The notes below the pieces were generated by a model. The model was not told the origin of the DNA. It ran no database searches and saw only the letters and a list, made by a program, of their open reading frames with translations. The position numbers and the translations under genes are program-made. Below, piece by piece: positions 44,761 to 54,225 of a stretch of 64,000 bases of DNA; the first letter of the stretch is position 1; each line of letters starts with the position of its first letter. This stretch comes from an uncultured Rikenellaceae bacterium (GTDB lineage: Bacteria; Bacteroidota; Bacteroidia; Bacteroidales; VadinHA17), in the NCBI GenBank assembly GCA_964634565.1, contig CAZWLP010000005.1, positions 4,946 to 68,945 of the forward strand, written 5' to 3'.

Positions 44761-45882
44761 ATGAAAAAAAAGATAATTGTTCTGGGAACAGGACTGGTTG
44801 GTTCGGCAATAGTTAAAGACCTTGCGGGTGATTTTGAAGTAAGTGCAGTAGATCTGAGCACAAGAAATCTTGAAGGTCTGTCAGGACTGGACAATGTAAA
44901 AGCTATAAGTGCCGATCTTTCTGACGGTGATATACTAAAAGACCTGGTAAGAGACCAGGACCTGGTAATAGGTGCCCTGCCTGGATTTATGGGCTACCAA
45001 TCAGTAAAACACACTATAGAGGCAGGGAAAGACATGGTTGATATTTCATTCTTCCCTGAGGATCCTTTTGGCCTCGACAGGCTCGCTAAAACGAAAGGTG
45101 TAACTATTGTAACAGACTGTGGTGTTGCTCCCGGAATGAGCAATATTTTCCTTGGGCACTACCATAATAAAATTGATGTAAGCAGGTTTGAATGTCTTGT
45201 CGGAGGTCTTCCATTTAAAAGGGAGTGGCCCTGGCAGTATAAGGCAGTATTTTCTCCCATTGATGTAATTGAAGAATATACCAGGCCTGCCAGATATATG
45301 CTTAATGGTGAGATCGTTACAAGAGAAGCCCTGTCCGATCCGGAACTTGTTGAGTTTGAGGAAATTGGAACTCTTGAATCCTGGAATTCGGACGGACTCA
45401 GATCGCTTCTGCACACAATTCCTGTCCCAAATATGATAGAAAAAACCCTCCGCTATCCTGGCACTATTGAATATCTTAGAATGCTCAGGGAGGCAGGATT
45501 CTTCAGTGATAAGGAGATTGATGTTAATGGTAAGTCTATTAAACCTATCGACCTTACAGCCAGACTATTGTTTCCTGCATGGAAGCTCCTGCCCGGAGAA
45601 GAAGAATTTACGGCAATGAGAATTATAATAGAAGGTAATAAGGATGGCAGGCCCGTTAAGTATATTTATAATCTGTTCGACAGGTATGACAGTGAGAAAA
45701 ATATAACATCAATGGCCCGTACTACAGGATATACATGTACGGCCGTTGCAAATCTGATAATGGAAGGTATGTTTAACAGCCCGGGGATAAATCCTCCCGA
45801 ATATATTGGAAAAACTGACGGTCATCTTCAGTTTATTCTGGAGTATTTTAAAGAAAGAAATATATTATATAAGTTGTCGTAA
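44761..45882 (+). CDS. saccharopine dehydrogenase family NAD(P)-binding protein
   Basis: About 373 aa from ATG 44761 (MKKKIIVLGTGLVGS). The track's TTG 44740 lies only 5 nt after a TAATTTTG -7 box. Rossmann N-domain with a saccharopine-DH C-domain pattern. Confidence 0.78.
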   Translation: MKKKIIVLGTGLVGSAIVKDLAGDFEVSAVDLSTRNLEGLSGLDNVKAISADLSDGDILKDLVRDQDLVIGALPGFMGYQSVKHTIEAGKDMVDISFFPEDPFGLDRLAKTKGVTIVTDCGVAPGMSNIFLGHYHNKIDVSRFECLVGGLPFKREWPWQYKAVFSPIDVIEEYTRPARYMLNGEIVTREALSDPELVEFEEIGTLESWNSDGLRSLLHTIPVPNMIEKTLRYPGTIEYLRMLREAGFFSDKEIDVNGKSIKPIDLTARLLFPAWKLLPGEEEFTAMRIIIEGNKDGRPVKYIYNLFDRYDSEKNITSMARTTGYTCTAVANLIMEGMFNSPGINPPEYIGKTDGHLQFILEYFKERNILYKLS

Positions 45883-45908
45883 CAGACGGACTGGTACTTT
45901 TTATATAT

Positions 45909-46433
45909 CTACTCGAACCAGATTGCTCCCGAACATGCCGCATCTATTGACGATAGTCTTTCAATAAGTGAGTTAATCTCGGATACAGCTCCGTTAAGTT
46001 CAAGTATAATAAGTCCTTCTCTCTTATCATTGCCAAGGTTTATCCCCATGCGGGTTCTTATGGTACAACCATATAGTGAAAGGACTTTCTGTATATCACT
46101 TACTACCTCATGTCGATCTTCAATAAGGATTGCAGCCAGGGTAACCCTTGCACTATCAGGAACAATCTCTTCTAAATCACTCTTTGAGCACAAAAAAAGC
46201 TCTTTTATTTCTATGCCATAAATACTGTTAAGATCGTTCCTGAAGCTATTATATCCATCGATATCATCCCTGAGCTGCAGAACAATAAATCCTTCACGAC
46301 TGCAGATATGTTCATTTAATTCATGAAATCCAAGCCGGCTTAAAATAAGGTCAGAATATTTAGTAAGGACTTTTTGTGTATTTCCCGACTCTTTAATTCT
46401 GTCAACAACTCTTATAGCTAATAGTCTTATCAT
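45909..46433 (-). CDS. tandem-duplicated TM1266-like ACT-fold protein (putative iron-only hydrogenase system regulator)
   Basis: 174 aa. The two halves align with each other: IRLLAIRVVDR...QKVLTKY...REGFIVLQL versus VTLAAILIEDR...QKVLSLY...REGLIILEL. Each half has the length and pattern of the ~85-aa TM1266 family. Lies 11 nt downstream of hydG. Confidence 0.6.
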   Translation of the reverse strand: MIRLLAIRVVDRIKESGNTQKVLTKYSDLILSRLGFHELNEHICSREGFIVLQLRDDIDGYNSFRNDLNSIYGIEIKELFLCSKSDLEEIVPDSARVTLAAILIEDRHEVVSDIQKVLSLYGCTIRTRMGINLGNDKREGLIILELNGAVSEINSLIERLSSIDAACSGAIWFE

Positions 46434-46444
46434 ACGGCTTAGAT

Positions 46445-47869
46445 TTAAAAATAAAGATCGCGCTCACCATTTTTTATCTTATCAAGTCTCTCTCTCACTT
46501 TTAGAGCAATATTTTCATCAAGATCCTGTATTCCCTTTTCAATAGCTTTATAACCTTTCTTTGCAAGCTCAGGACCAGCATAATCTTCAATATACTCAGC
46601 AAGTGTTAGCATTGCATTTGGCGAACAGCACCTCTTAATAAATCCAGGCACAGAAAACTCCATAAAATGCTCGCCGGTCCTTCCCAGCCTGTAGCAGGCA
46701 GTACAGAATGATGGTAAAAAGTTATCATCCAATAATTCATCAATTACCTCCGACAAGGATCTCTCATCGGCAATCTTAAACTGTTCACGGTTCAGGTTCT
46801 GATCTTCATTACTGATTTCAGAATATTTACCAATCTCAATCTTTGTCCCTCCGTCTATCTGTGACACTCCATACTGCAACACTTCCCTCCTTACATTATG
46901 ATCTTCTCGTGCAGTAAGTATTAGTCCGGTATAGGGCACGGCTAATCGAATAATTGCTACTAATTTCTTAAAATCATCATCAGACACTTCATACTTATCG
47001 TCTATATCGAGGCTGGCTGCATCTTTAAGTCTTGGGAAAGAGATTGTATGAGGACCAACATTATAACAGGCTTCAAGGTGGTTAGTATGTCTTACAAGGC
47101 CAAGCACCTCAAACCTCCAGTCGTAGAGTCCGAAAAGAGCACCTATGCCCACATCATCGAGTCCTGCCTCCTGGGCTCTGTCAAGCGATGTAAGACGGTA
47201 ATTATAATCAGCTTTCTTCCCGCTCGGATGGTACCACTTATAAGCCTCAGGGTGATAGGTTTCCTGAAATACCTGGTATGTGCCTATACCTGCTTCGGCA
47301 ACTGTTCTGAATCCTTCAATCTCAAGAGGAGCTGCATTAATATTGACACGTCTTATTTCTCCCTTACCTTTTTTAACGCTATATACCAGCTTTACATTTT
47401 CAGCTATAAACTCTGGTGAATAAGTTCGGTGTTCGCCGTAGACCAGGATTAACCTTTTCTGTCCGTTATCCTCCAGGGCCATGACTTCGTGTTCTATTTC
47501 AACATCACTTAAAGTTTTTCGCTCAGCATCGGTATTACTTGACTTGAATCCACAGTACTTACAATTATTACTACAATAATTTCCAACATAAAGTGGTGCA
47601 AAAAGAACGATCCTGTTTCCATAAACTTTTTCCTTCAATTCCTTTGCCCCGGCCTTTATCTCAGCAACTAATTCAGGATCTGTAGTATTTACCAATACAG
47701 CTGTCTCCTCCATGGTCAGTCTTTGCTTATCGAGCGACTTTGCAATAATCTTTCTTACCCTTTCTGGAGTAGGAACGCTGTTATTAATCAGGTCCCAAAT
47801 TTCATCAGGATCAATAAATGGTTTCATTCGTTGATCCCTGATTTTAAGTTTTTCCGGAGTAAACTTCAT
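46445..47869 (-). CDS. hydG: [FeFe]-hydrogenase H-cluster radical SAM maturase HydG
   Basis: 474 aa. Radical SAM motif CSNNCKYCGF and C-terminal cluster region SFCTACYRLGRTGEHF...RCCSPNA. Confidence 0.9.
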   Translation of the reverse strand: MKFTPEKLKIRDQRMKPFIDPDEIWDLINNSVPTPERVRKIIAKSLDKQRLTMEETAVLVNTTDPELVAEIKAGAKELKEKVYGNRIVLFAPLYVGNYCSNNCKYCGFKSSNTDAERKTLSDVEIEHEVMALEDNGQKRLILVYGEHRTYSPEFIAENVKLVYSVKKGKGEIRRVNINAAPLEIEGFRTVAEAGIGTYQVFQETYHPEAYKWYHPSGKKADYNYRLTSLDRAQEAGLDDVGIGALFGLYDWRFEVLGLVRHTNHLEACYNVGPHTISFPRLKDAASLDIDDKYEVSDDDFKKLVAIIRLAVPYTGLILTAREDHNVRREVLQYGVSQIDGGTKIEIGKYSEISNEDQNLNREQFKIADERSLSEVIDELLDDNFLPSFCTACYRLGRTGEHFMEFSVPGFIKRCCSPNAMLTLAEYIEDYAGPELAKKGYKAIEKGIQDLDENIALKVRERLDKIKNGERDLYF

Positions 47870-48035
47870 TCTACAGAATAGCTATATGGTTAAAAGAATC
47901 ATTCTGACAGCAAAGATAGTTACCCTGAAAATCTATCCTATGAATTTTATCATAATTGTGAAGTAAAAAACAGACAGAGGATACTGGCATTCCCTATCCA
48001 CAACGACGTAGCGATATTAAGCCCTGGTATTATAT

Positions 48036-48668
48036 TTAATTGCTTCTGCTGCTTTCTTTTACAAAATATGCAACTTTCTCCAGGGAAGTTATCATATCAT
48101 ATTCCTCGAGGTATACATTTGATGGCATATTAAGGGGAACAGTAGTAAAATTAAGAATACCCTTAATACCAAAACTTATAACATCTTCTGCAGTAGACCT
48201 GGCGTATTCCGGAGGTACGGTCAGAATGGCTATCGATATTTTCTTATCCTTTATTATTCTCTCCATCTCCTCCACTGAATAGCATCTTACGCCCCAATCA
48301 TCGGTTCCAACCTTATCCGGATCTTTATCGAAGGCGGCCACAATATTAAGCTGGGATCTTTTCCCCTTGAAATAATGACTGATAGCCCTGCCAAAATTAC
48401 CTAATCCGATAACTGCAACATTCTGACCCTGATCAGAATCAATTATATTACCAATGGTCTTGATTAATTCTTTTATGTCATAACCTTTTTTCATAACACT
48501 GGTATAACCTATCAACATAAGATCTCTTCTTACCTGTACAGCCGTAATATGCAACAGGGCAGCCAGCTCGTGGGAAAAAATATATTCACTTCCACTCTGG
48601 AGGTAGCCAAGAAGGTTTCTCCTGTATTCACTTAGTCTCTCCACTGTTTTACCTGGTAGTAAATCCAT
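48036..48668 (-). CDS. rex: redox-sensing transcriptional repressor Rex
   Basis: 210 aa. N-terminal winged helix TVERLSEYRRNL and Rossmann IGLGNFGRA. Confidence 0.9.
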   Translation of the reverse strand: MDLLPGKTVERLSEYRRNLLGYLQSGSEYIFSHELAALLHITAVQVRRDLMLIGYTSVMKKGYDIKELIKTIGNIIDSDQGQNVAVIGLGNFGRAISHYFKGKRSQLNIVAAFDKDPDKVGTDDWGVRCYSVEEMERIIKDKKISIAILTVPPEYARSTAEDVISFGIKGILNFTTVPLNMPSNVYLEEYDMITSLEKVAYFVKESSRSN

Positions 48669-48680
48669 GCTATTCGATAT

Positions 48681-48698
48681 TTGTTTATTTTATAACAA
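48681..48698. promoter_or_regulatory. candidate Rex operator upstream of rex
   Basis: TTGTTTA-TTTT-ATAACAA. Each half is 6/7 to the clostridial-type Rex half-sites TTGTTAA / TTAACAA as I recall them. Lies 13-30 nt upstream of the rex ATG. Confidence 0.35.
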
Positions 48699-48726
48699 TT
48701 AAATTATTAAAAGGATTAATCAATGC

Positions 48727-49155
48727 TCAAATTTTATTTACAAATTCTTCCAGTCTGTCAAATAAACTTTTCTGTACTTCTGGAAATGTAAGGTTTCCGG
48801 GTAGTGAAGATGATGAAATACATTCCTCTATCTCGTCTTTATCCTCTATCTCTGCTAATTCCAGTATGTCGGAAAAGAACAGCTTACCTGTTCGGATAAC
48901 ACCATTGTGTTTTACAGAATAGGTATTAATACACTCCAAGATAAACTTTCTTGCCCCTGTTTCTTCCATTAACTCTCTTCCTGCAGCCATATATGCTGAT
49001 TCGCCTTTATCGATATGACCGGCCGGAAGTTCGAAGCTTCCTCTCTTTCGGCTCTTTACAAAGAGCCATCTCCCACAATAATATGCTCCTACAATAACAT
49101 ATACAGGTTCGGGAAGGCCTTCATGATTACACTTATAGAACTCGACATCAGGCAT
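48727..49155 (-). CDS. NUDIX hydrolase
   Basis: Nudix box GHIDKGESAYMAAGRELMEETGA. I moved the start from the track's TTG 49161 to ATG (complement 49153-49155, MPDVEFYK). Confidence 0.8.
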   Translation of the reverse strand: MPDVEFYKCNHEGLPEPVYVIVGAYYCGRWLFVKSRKRGSFELPAGHIDKGESAYMAAGRELMEETGARKFILECINTYSVKHNGVIRTGKLFFSDILELAEIEDKDEIEECISSSSLPGNLTFPEVQKSLFDRLEEFVNKI

Positions 49156-49220
49156 ATTCAAATTTTGAACTTATGATTATGCAAGATATAATTATTATAA
49201 ATATTCTTATCATATCTTTT

Positions 49221-49228
49221 TATATTTG
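49221..49228 (+). promoter_or_regulatory. Bacteroidota -7 promoter box (TAnnTTTG) for the metallophosphoesterase gene
   Basis: TATATTTG, 19 nt upstream of the GTG at 49247. Confidence 0.35.
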
Positions 49229-49246
49229 CCACTGAAAATCATAGCT

Positions 49247-50452
49247 GTGTATATTCTTATTATCAATATCTTATTTCTGCTTGCGATAGATATTCTGTCG
49301 TTTATCACTCTTGGCAAGGGACATATAATCGAAAATAAAACCGGAGTAAGAATATTAAAAATCCTGCACCTGCTTCTTAGTCTCTGCAGCTGGATTATTT
49401 TGTTACTCATACTGATCTGGAAAGGTGATTTTGCTGACAACAGGAATATTGCAAAAATGCTTTTTATGGGATTTCTTATTGCAGCCATATGGCTGCCCAG
49501 GATAATTATAATAATCTTCTCAAATCTTGCATTTTTTCTTCGCCGGAAGTTCTTATCAGCAGCCAGGGTCATAAATTATATCGGGATAATATTATCTGTT
49601 GCAACTATCTCACTTATCGCATGGGGTACCTTCGTAGGGAGATTCGATTTCCGCTTTGAAGAAGTAAATATTAATTACCATAATCTTCCTGCCGACCTGG
49701 AAGGATTTAAAATTGTGCATCTGTCTGATATGCATCTAAGCAGCTTCCATAGAAATAAGGACCGCCTGGAAAAATTACTTACAGAGATAAATACTCTAAA
49801 ACCTGATATCATTGTAAATACAGGCGATTTTGTCACAATAGCCTGGAATGAGATGGCTCCTTTTTCTGAAATACTAAATAAGTCACATAGCAGGTATGGA
49901 AATTATGCTATTCCTGGCAATCATGATGCAGGAACATATCACCCATATTACGACGAGCACCACAGGGAGTTAAATGTCAGTATCTTCGACTCTCTGCTTA
50001 CAGAATCTGGTTACCTCCAGCTAAAGGATAGTTGTCTGATATTAAATATTAATGATTCAAGATTAAAGATTGCAGGTGTAATAACAAGGGGCTCTATACC
50101 TGATATAATCTTTGGAGACCTCGAAAAAGCTCTTGGGGATCAGGACGCTGATTTTACTATTTTACTTACACATGATCCCAATCACTGGTATTATGAGCTA
50201 CAGGAAAGTAAGAAAGTTAACCTTACGCTTTCCGGCCATACTCACGGCATGCAATTTGGGTTAAAAATCGGAAATTTCCAGTGGAGCCTGGCCTCAAAAC
50301 TATACCCGGCATGGAACGGGCTATATGGAGCTAATAATAATTATCTATATGTAAACAGGGGGCTGGGTACCATCTCCCTGCCATCAAGGATAGGCATGCC
50401 CCCCGAAATTACTGTTATCACGCTTAGATCAGATAATCAGAACCGGCGCTGA
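49247..50452 (+). CDS. membrane-anchored metallophosphoesterase (YkuE-like)
   Basis: N-terminal TM helices, then HLSDMHLS, NTGDF, PGNHD, LTHDP and SGHTHG motifs. The track's TTG 49226 lies inside a TATATTTG -7 box, so I use the in-frame GTG 49247. The start remains uncertain. Confidence 0.75.
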   Translation: MYILIINILFLLAIDILSFITLGKGHIIENKTGVRILKILHLLLSLCSWIILLLILIWKGDFADNRNIAKMLFMGFLIAAIWLPRIIIIIFSNLAFFLRRKFLSAARVINYIGIILSVATISLIAWGTFVGRFDFRFEEVNINYHNLPADLEGFKIVHLSDMHLSSFHRNKDRLEKLLTEINTLKPDIIVNTGDFVTIAWNEMAPFSEILNKSHSRYGNYAIPGNHDAGTYHPYYDEHHRELNVSIFDSLLTESGYLQLKDSCLILNINDSRLKIAGVITRGSIPDIIFGDLEKALGDQDADFTILLTHDPNHWYYELQESKKVNLTLSGHTHGMQFGLKIGNFQWSLASKLYPAWNGLYGANNNYLYVNRGLGTISLPSRIGMPPEITVITLRSDNQNRR

Positions 50453-50835
50453 CCGCCTCTTTCCTGTCTTATTCTTTCCATCTCATCAAGATATGTTTTC
50501 ATCCTCTTTTCGCCCAGAACCGTCTTCAATTCCTCATCGCGGGACTTATTTAACTTATCAATCGCATCCCTCATGCCCTCGCGATCTCCTGATTTTCTCA
50601 TTTCTGCCATTTTCTTCTGGCCCTCCTTTGCTGACTTAAGAAATATCTCCTTTAATTTTGCCTCTTCCTTCTTTTCAACTTTCACTATTTTCTTTAAACG
50701 TTCGAGCTGTTGATTGGCCTGTTCATCAGGACTCTGATTCCTCATTCCCTGTCCCTGTCCCCTCTGCTGGGCAAACAGACCTGTTACCATCAGAGACATT
50801 ATTAATACCAGGCCTACTCTTATTACTGATTTCAT
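50437..50835 (-). CDS. secreted charged helical protein (Spy/CpxP-like in character), unknown function
   Basis: 132 aa. Signal peptide, then a Lys/Glu/Arg-rich helical sequence. Its 3' end overlaps the phosphoesterase 3' end by 16 nt. Confidence 0.45.
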   Translation of the reverse strand: MKSVIRVGLVLIMSLMVTGLFAQQRGQGQGMRNQSPDEQANQQLERLKKIVKVEKKEEAKLKEIFLKSAKEGQKKMAEMRKSGDREGMRDAIDKLNKSRDEELKTVLGEKRMKTYLDEMERIRQERGGQRRF

Positions 50836-50948
50836 ATTAAAGATTTATTAATTAACACTATATATCCTAAAGACAATCAGACCCATAATTTTATTCCATT
50901 CAAAATAACAATTCTAAAGTCGACTTATTATAAAGCAAGACTGTAAGG

Positions 50949-51887
50949 TTAATAAAGGGAATAAATCTGCTCCTCAATTACCCTTCTGTTTATATCTGTA
51001 AGACGTGCTCTTTCTAGTAATATCCTTACTCTTTTCAACTGTTCCCTGTTTTTTCTGTAAAGCAGTTGATGAAGATGCCAGGAAGTCATTCCTACAGCTC
51101 CCCAACAAATATAGTCTACAAGGTATTTAACTTCTTCTGAACTAAGTTTTCTTACCAAAGAATATTGTTCAATAAAAGTGCTGAATAGTTTCATGTTCAT
51201 CTCAAGACCGTCATAGCAGAAACCATTTATTGTCATACCAACGTCAAACAACAGTTTATCAATAGCAAACTCTTCAAAATCGACAAGTCCAATAAGTTTT
51301 TCGTTGTAAAACAGGGTATTATCAGGAAAAACATCACCATGTACGATACCTGCAGGCAGATCAAGCAGGAGTTTCTCCTCAAGATTGGTAAATTGTTTAA
51401 TAAAATTTTTAGTTACATCAGGATATGATGATTTCAGAAAGGCCTCTGATTTAATTAATTCCCTGCTATCGCCAACAGATATCGCATTTTTCTTAATAAT
51501 CTCCTTCGGAGGCCGTATTGAAGATAAAATGCCAACTGCTCCGGCAATCTGGGAAACAACACCCTTATTAAGCTCAGGCAGTTCGCCCTCCAGAAATTCA
51601 TATACAACAACAGGTACTTCGTTCAGGAATGAGAGGAAGCCACCATCGGTTCTGGCAATTGGGTATGCTGTTTTAAAATTATTCTCCTTAAGGACAGACA
51701 TCAGCAGCATCTCCTGCTCAATATTCTCAACCGACTGCTGGTCGCAAAACCTTATAAAGATTTCACCACAGGTACATTTAACTCCAAAATTCCTGTTGGC
51801 ATATCCATGACTCTGATCATTAATAGATTCTATCCGACCGAGGTCATACTCTTTTAAGACTCTTTCAATTTGAAACTTATTTCCCAT
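50949..51887 (-). CDS. aminoglycoside-phosphotransferase/homoserine kinase type II family kinase
   Basis: 312 aa. APH catalytic region IVHGDVFPDNTLF...GLVDFEEF and an N-terminal YDLG...N.N pattern. Confidence 0.7.
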   Translation of the reverse strand: MGNKFQIERVLKEYDLGRIESINDQSHGYANRNFGVKCTCGEIFIRFCDQQSVENIEQEMLLMSVLKENNFKTAYPIARTDGGFLSFLNEVPVVVYEFLEGELPELNKGVVSQIAGAVGILSSIRPPKEIIKKNAISVGDSRELIKSEAFLKSSYPDVTKNFIKQFTNLEEKLLLDLPAGIVHGDVFPDNTLFYNEKLIGLVDFEEFAIDKLLFDVGMTINGFCYDGLEMNMKLFSTFIEQYSLVRKLSSEEVKYLVDYICWGAVGMTSWHLHQLLYRKNREQLKRVRILLERARLTDINRRVIEEQIYSLY

Positions 51888-52018
51888 TTTTTACTTCCCG
51901 GGCTTTAAATAGCAATTTATGCATCCGATAAGAATGAGCCTGCCTAATATTTTAATTAGTCCCCCTCAATAGCTATATTAGATAGCTAAATTTACACAAT
52001 TAGATCATAACTATAGGA

Positions 52019-52813
52019 ATGAATAATATTATTTATCATGTTGACGCTTTTACCAGCGAACCATTCAAGGGTAATCCTGCTGGTGTATTTATTACCTCCG
52101 GCGAACTTGTAGAAGATTATATGCAGGCTATAGCGGCTGAGATAAATCTTTCTGAAACTGCTTTTCTTTCACCAGCAGAGAATGGCTTCAGAATCAGGTT
52201 CTATACACCTGAAACAGAAATAGATCTTTGCGGCCATGCGACCCTGTCTGCCGCACATATATTATATGAGCTGGGGATCGTGCCTCCCGAAACAATATTA
52301 AAGTTTTTTTCCAGGGCTGGAGAATTAAACGTCCAAAACTCCAATAATATGATAATTATGGACCTGCCGGCCTATAAATTCAAAAAGAAAAAACTTCCCG
52401 ATGATTTTAAAGAGATATGCAACTTTATCCCTGGTGAATTTTACAAATGCGATCATAACTGGCATATGGCAATCCTTAAAAAGGAGGAGGAATTAATTAA
52501 TGCCTCACCTGATTTTACCCGCTTAAAGAAATCTGACTATTCAAATCTTATTATTACAGCCGATTCATCAGATGAAAATATTGATTTTATAGTTCGTTGT
52601 TTTGTGCCTGGAATGGGTATAAATGAGGATCCTGTTACCGGCTCAGCTCATTGTGCTCTTACTCCATACTGGTCTGCTAAAACCGGAAAGAAGCAGTTTA
52701 CTTCATACCAGGCATCAAAAAGAGGGGGTTACCTGAGGGTAGGGCTGGCTGAAGACAGGGTTCACATTGCAGGGAATGCAGTTACCATTTTCAGATCTGA
52801 GTTGATGATATAA
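52019..52813 (+). CDS. PhzF family isomerase
   Basis: 264 aa. HVDAFTSEPFKGNPAGV, SETAFL, CGHATLSAAH, DPVTGSAHC. Confidence 0.88.
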   Translation: MNNIIYHVDAFTSEPFKGNPAGVFITSGELVEDYMQAIAAEINLSETAFLSPAENGFRIRFYTPETEIDLCGHATLSAAHILYELGIVPPETILKFFSRAGELNVQNSNNMIIMDLPAYKFKKKKLPDDFKEICNFIPGEFYKCDHNWHMAILKKEEELINASPDFTRLKKSDYSNLIITADSSDENIDFIVRCFVPGMGINEDPVTGSAHCALTPYWSAKTGKKQFTSYQASKRGGYLRVGLAEDRVHIAGNAVTIFRSELMI

Positions 52814-52856
52814 TAAACAAATATCTCAAACGCTGTTTTCAAACAGTATTTAGTAT

Positions 52857-52864
52857 TAGTTTTG
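52857..52864 (+). promoter_or_regulatory. Bacteroidota -7 promoter box (TAnnTTTG) for ugd
   Basis: TAGTTTTG, 44 nt upstream of the ATG at 52908. Confidence 0.45.
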
Positions 52865-52907
52865 CATAAAACCTGGAAATTTACATTAAAATAAAGCAAT
52901 AGATACA

Positions 52908-54221
52908 ATGAATATCACACTTATTGGCACAGGATATGTCGGACTGGTATCAGGAACCACACTAGCTGAAACAGGTATAAATGTTACCTGTGTTGATATC
53001 GATAAAATCAAAATCGATAATCTTAGCAAGGGTATTATCCCAATATATGAACCAGGCCTGGAGCCCATGGTAAAGAGAAATGTTTCTGCCGGCCGGCTTA
53101 AATTTACTACCAGTCTGGCAGATGCGATCCAGGGATCGGAAACAATTATGATTGCTGTGGGGACTCCTCCCGACGAAGATGGCAGTGCCGATCTGCAGTA
53201 TGTTCTTGGTGTTGCTGAAGAAATAGGTAAAAACCTTAATAACTACGCAGTAATTATCACCAAAAGTACTGTTCCGATAGGGACTGCTGAGAAAGTAAGA
53301 ACAAAGATTGCAGGGGAGCTTAAGGCAAGAGGCTCAGATGTGGAATTTGATGTGGCCTCAAATCCCGAGTTTTTAAAAGAAGGTGACGCTGTAAATGATA
53401 GCATGAGACCCGACAGGATAATAGTTGGAACAGATTCCGAAAGAGCCTACGAAGTAATAAGAAAGCTTTATAAGCCTTTTGTGCTGAATGGTCATCCTGT
53501 AATTTTTATGGATATTCCTTCAGCGGAACTTACCAAGTATGCCGCCAATGCCATGCTGGCAACTAAAATCAGCTTTATTAATGATATAGCCAACCTGTGT
53601 GAAAGAGTGGGAGCCGATATCAATATGGTAAGACGAGGTATTGCTTCCGATTCAAGGATAGGTAACAGGTTCATTTATGCAGGCGCAGGTTATGGCGGAT
53701 CATGCTTTCCGAAAGATGTAAAAGCTATTATTCGCACTGCTGACGAATATGGTTATGGATTAAAAATTATGAAAGCTGTTGATGAAGTAAATGAGCTTCA
53801 GAAAGAAGTTTTATTTATGAAGATATCAAATGTATTTAAAGATAAACTGAAGGGACTGAAAGTTGCAGTATGGGGGCTGGCATTTAAGCCAAATACTGAT
53901 GATATGAGGGAAGCACCCGCTCTAACGCTTATAAACAGACTCTGCGAAGCAGGTGCTATGGTAACCGCCTATGACCCGGTGGCTATGGATGAAAGCAGAA
54001 GGAGGATAGGTGATAAAATTAATTATGGAAATGATGCATACGACTGTGTTATTGATGCAGATGCACTGGTACTGGTAACAGAATGGAATGAGTTTAAAAA
54101 TCCAAACTGGAAGGTTTTGCAGAAAGTAATGAGGGATAATAAGGTTTTTGATGGCCGTAATATATACGAAAAGGAGAGTCTTACAGAGATGGGATTTGAA
54201 TATTACGGAATAGGAAGATAG
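52908..54221 (+). CDS. ugd: UDP-glucose 6-dehydrogenase
   Basis: 437 aa. IGTGYVG and catalytic GGSCFPKD. Confidence 0.93.
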   Translation: MNITLIGTGYVGLVSGTTLAETGINVTCVDIDKIKIDNLSKGIIPIYEPGLEPMVKRNVSAGRLKFTTSLADAIQGSETIMIAVGTPPDEDGSADLQYVLGVAEEIGKNLNNYAVIITKSTVPIGTAEKVRTKIAGELKARGSDVEFDVASNPEFLKEGDAVNDSMRPDRIIVGTDSERAYEVIRKLYKPFVLNGHPVIFMDIPSAELTKYAANAMLATKISFINDIANLCERVGADINMVRRGIASDSRIGNRFIYAGAGYGGSCFPKDVKAIIRTADEYGYGLKIMKAVDEVNELQKEVLFMKISNVFKDKLKGLKVAVWGLAFKPNTDDMREAPALTLINRLCEAGAMVTAYDPVAMDESRRRIGDKINYGNDAYDCVIDADALVLVTEWNEFKNPNWKVLQKVMRDNKVFDGRNIYEKESLTEMGFEYYGIGR

Positions 54222-54225
54222 AGCT

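Noticed and set aside
47956-47962. Rex box upstream of hydG
   Set aside because: Only one half-site (TTGTGAA) is present. The position where the partner half-site should be matches at 3 of 7 or worse in either orientation.
49210-49572. 120-aa minus-strand ORF overlapping the start of the metallophosphoesterase gene
   Set aside because: It lies antisense to a gene with clear catalytic motifs, has a low-complexity Ile/Arg-rich sequence and no family resemblance. It is a shadow ORF.
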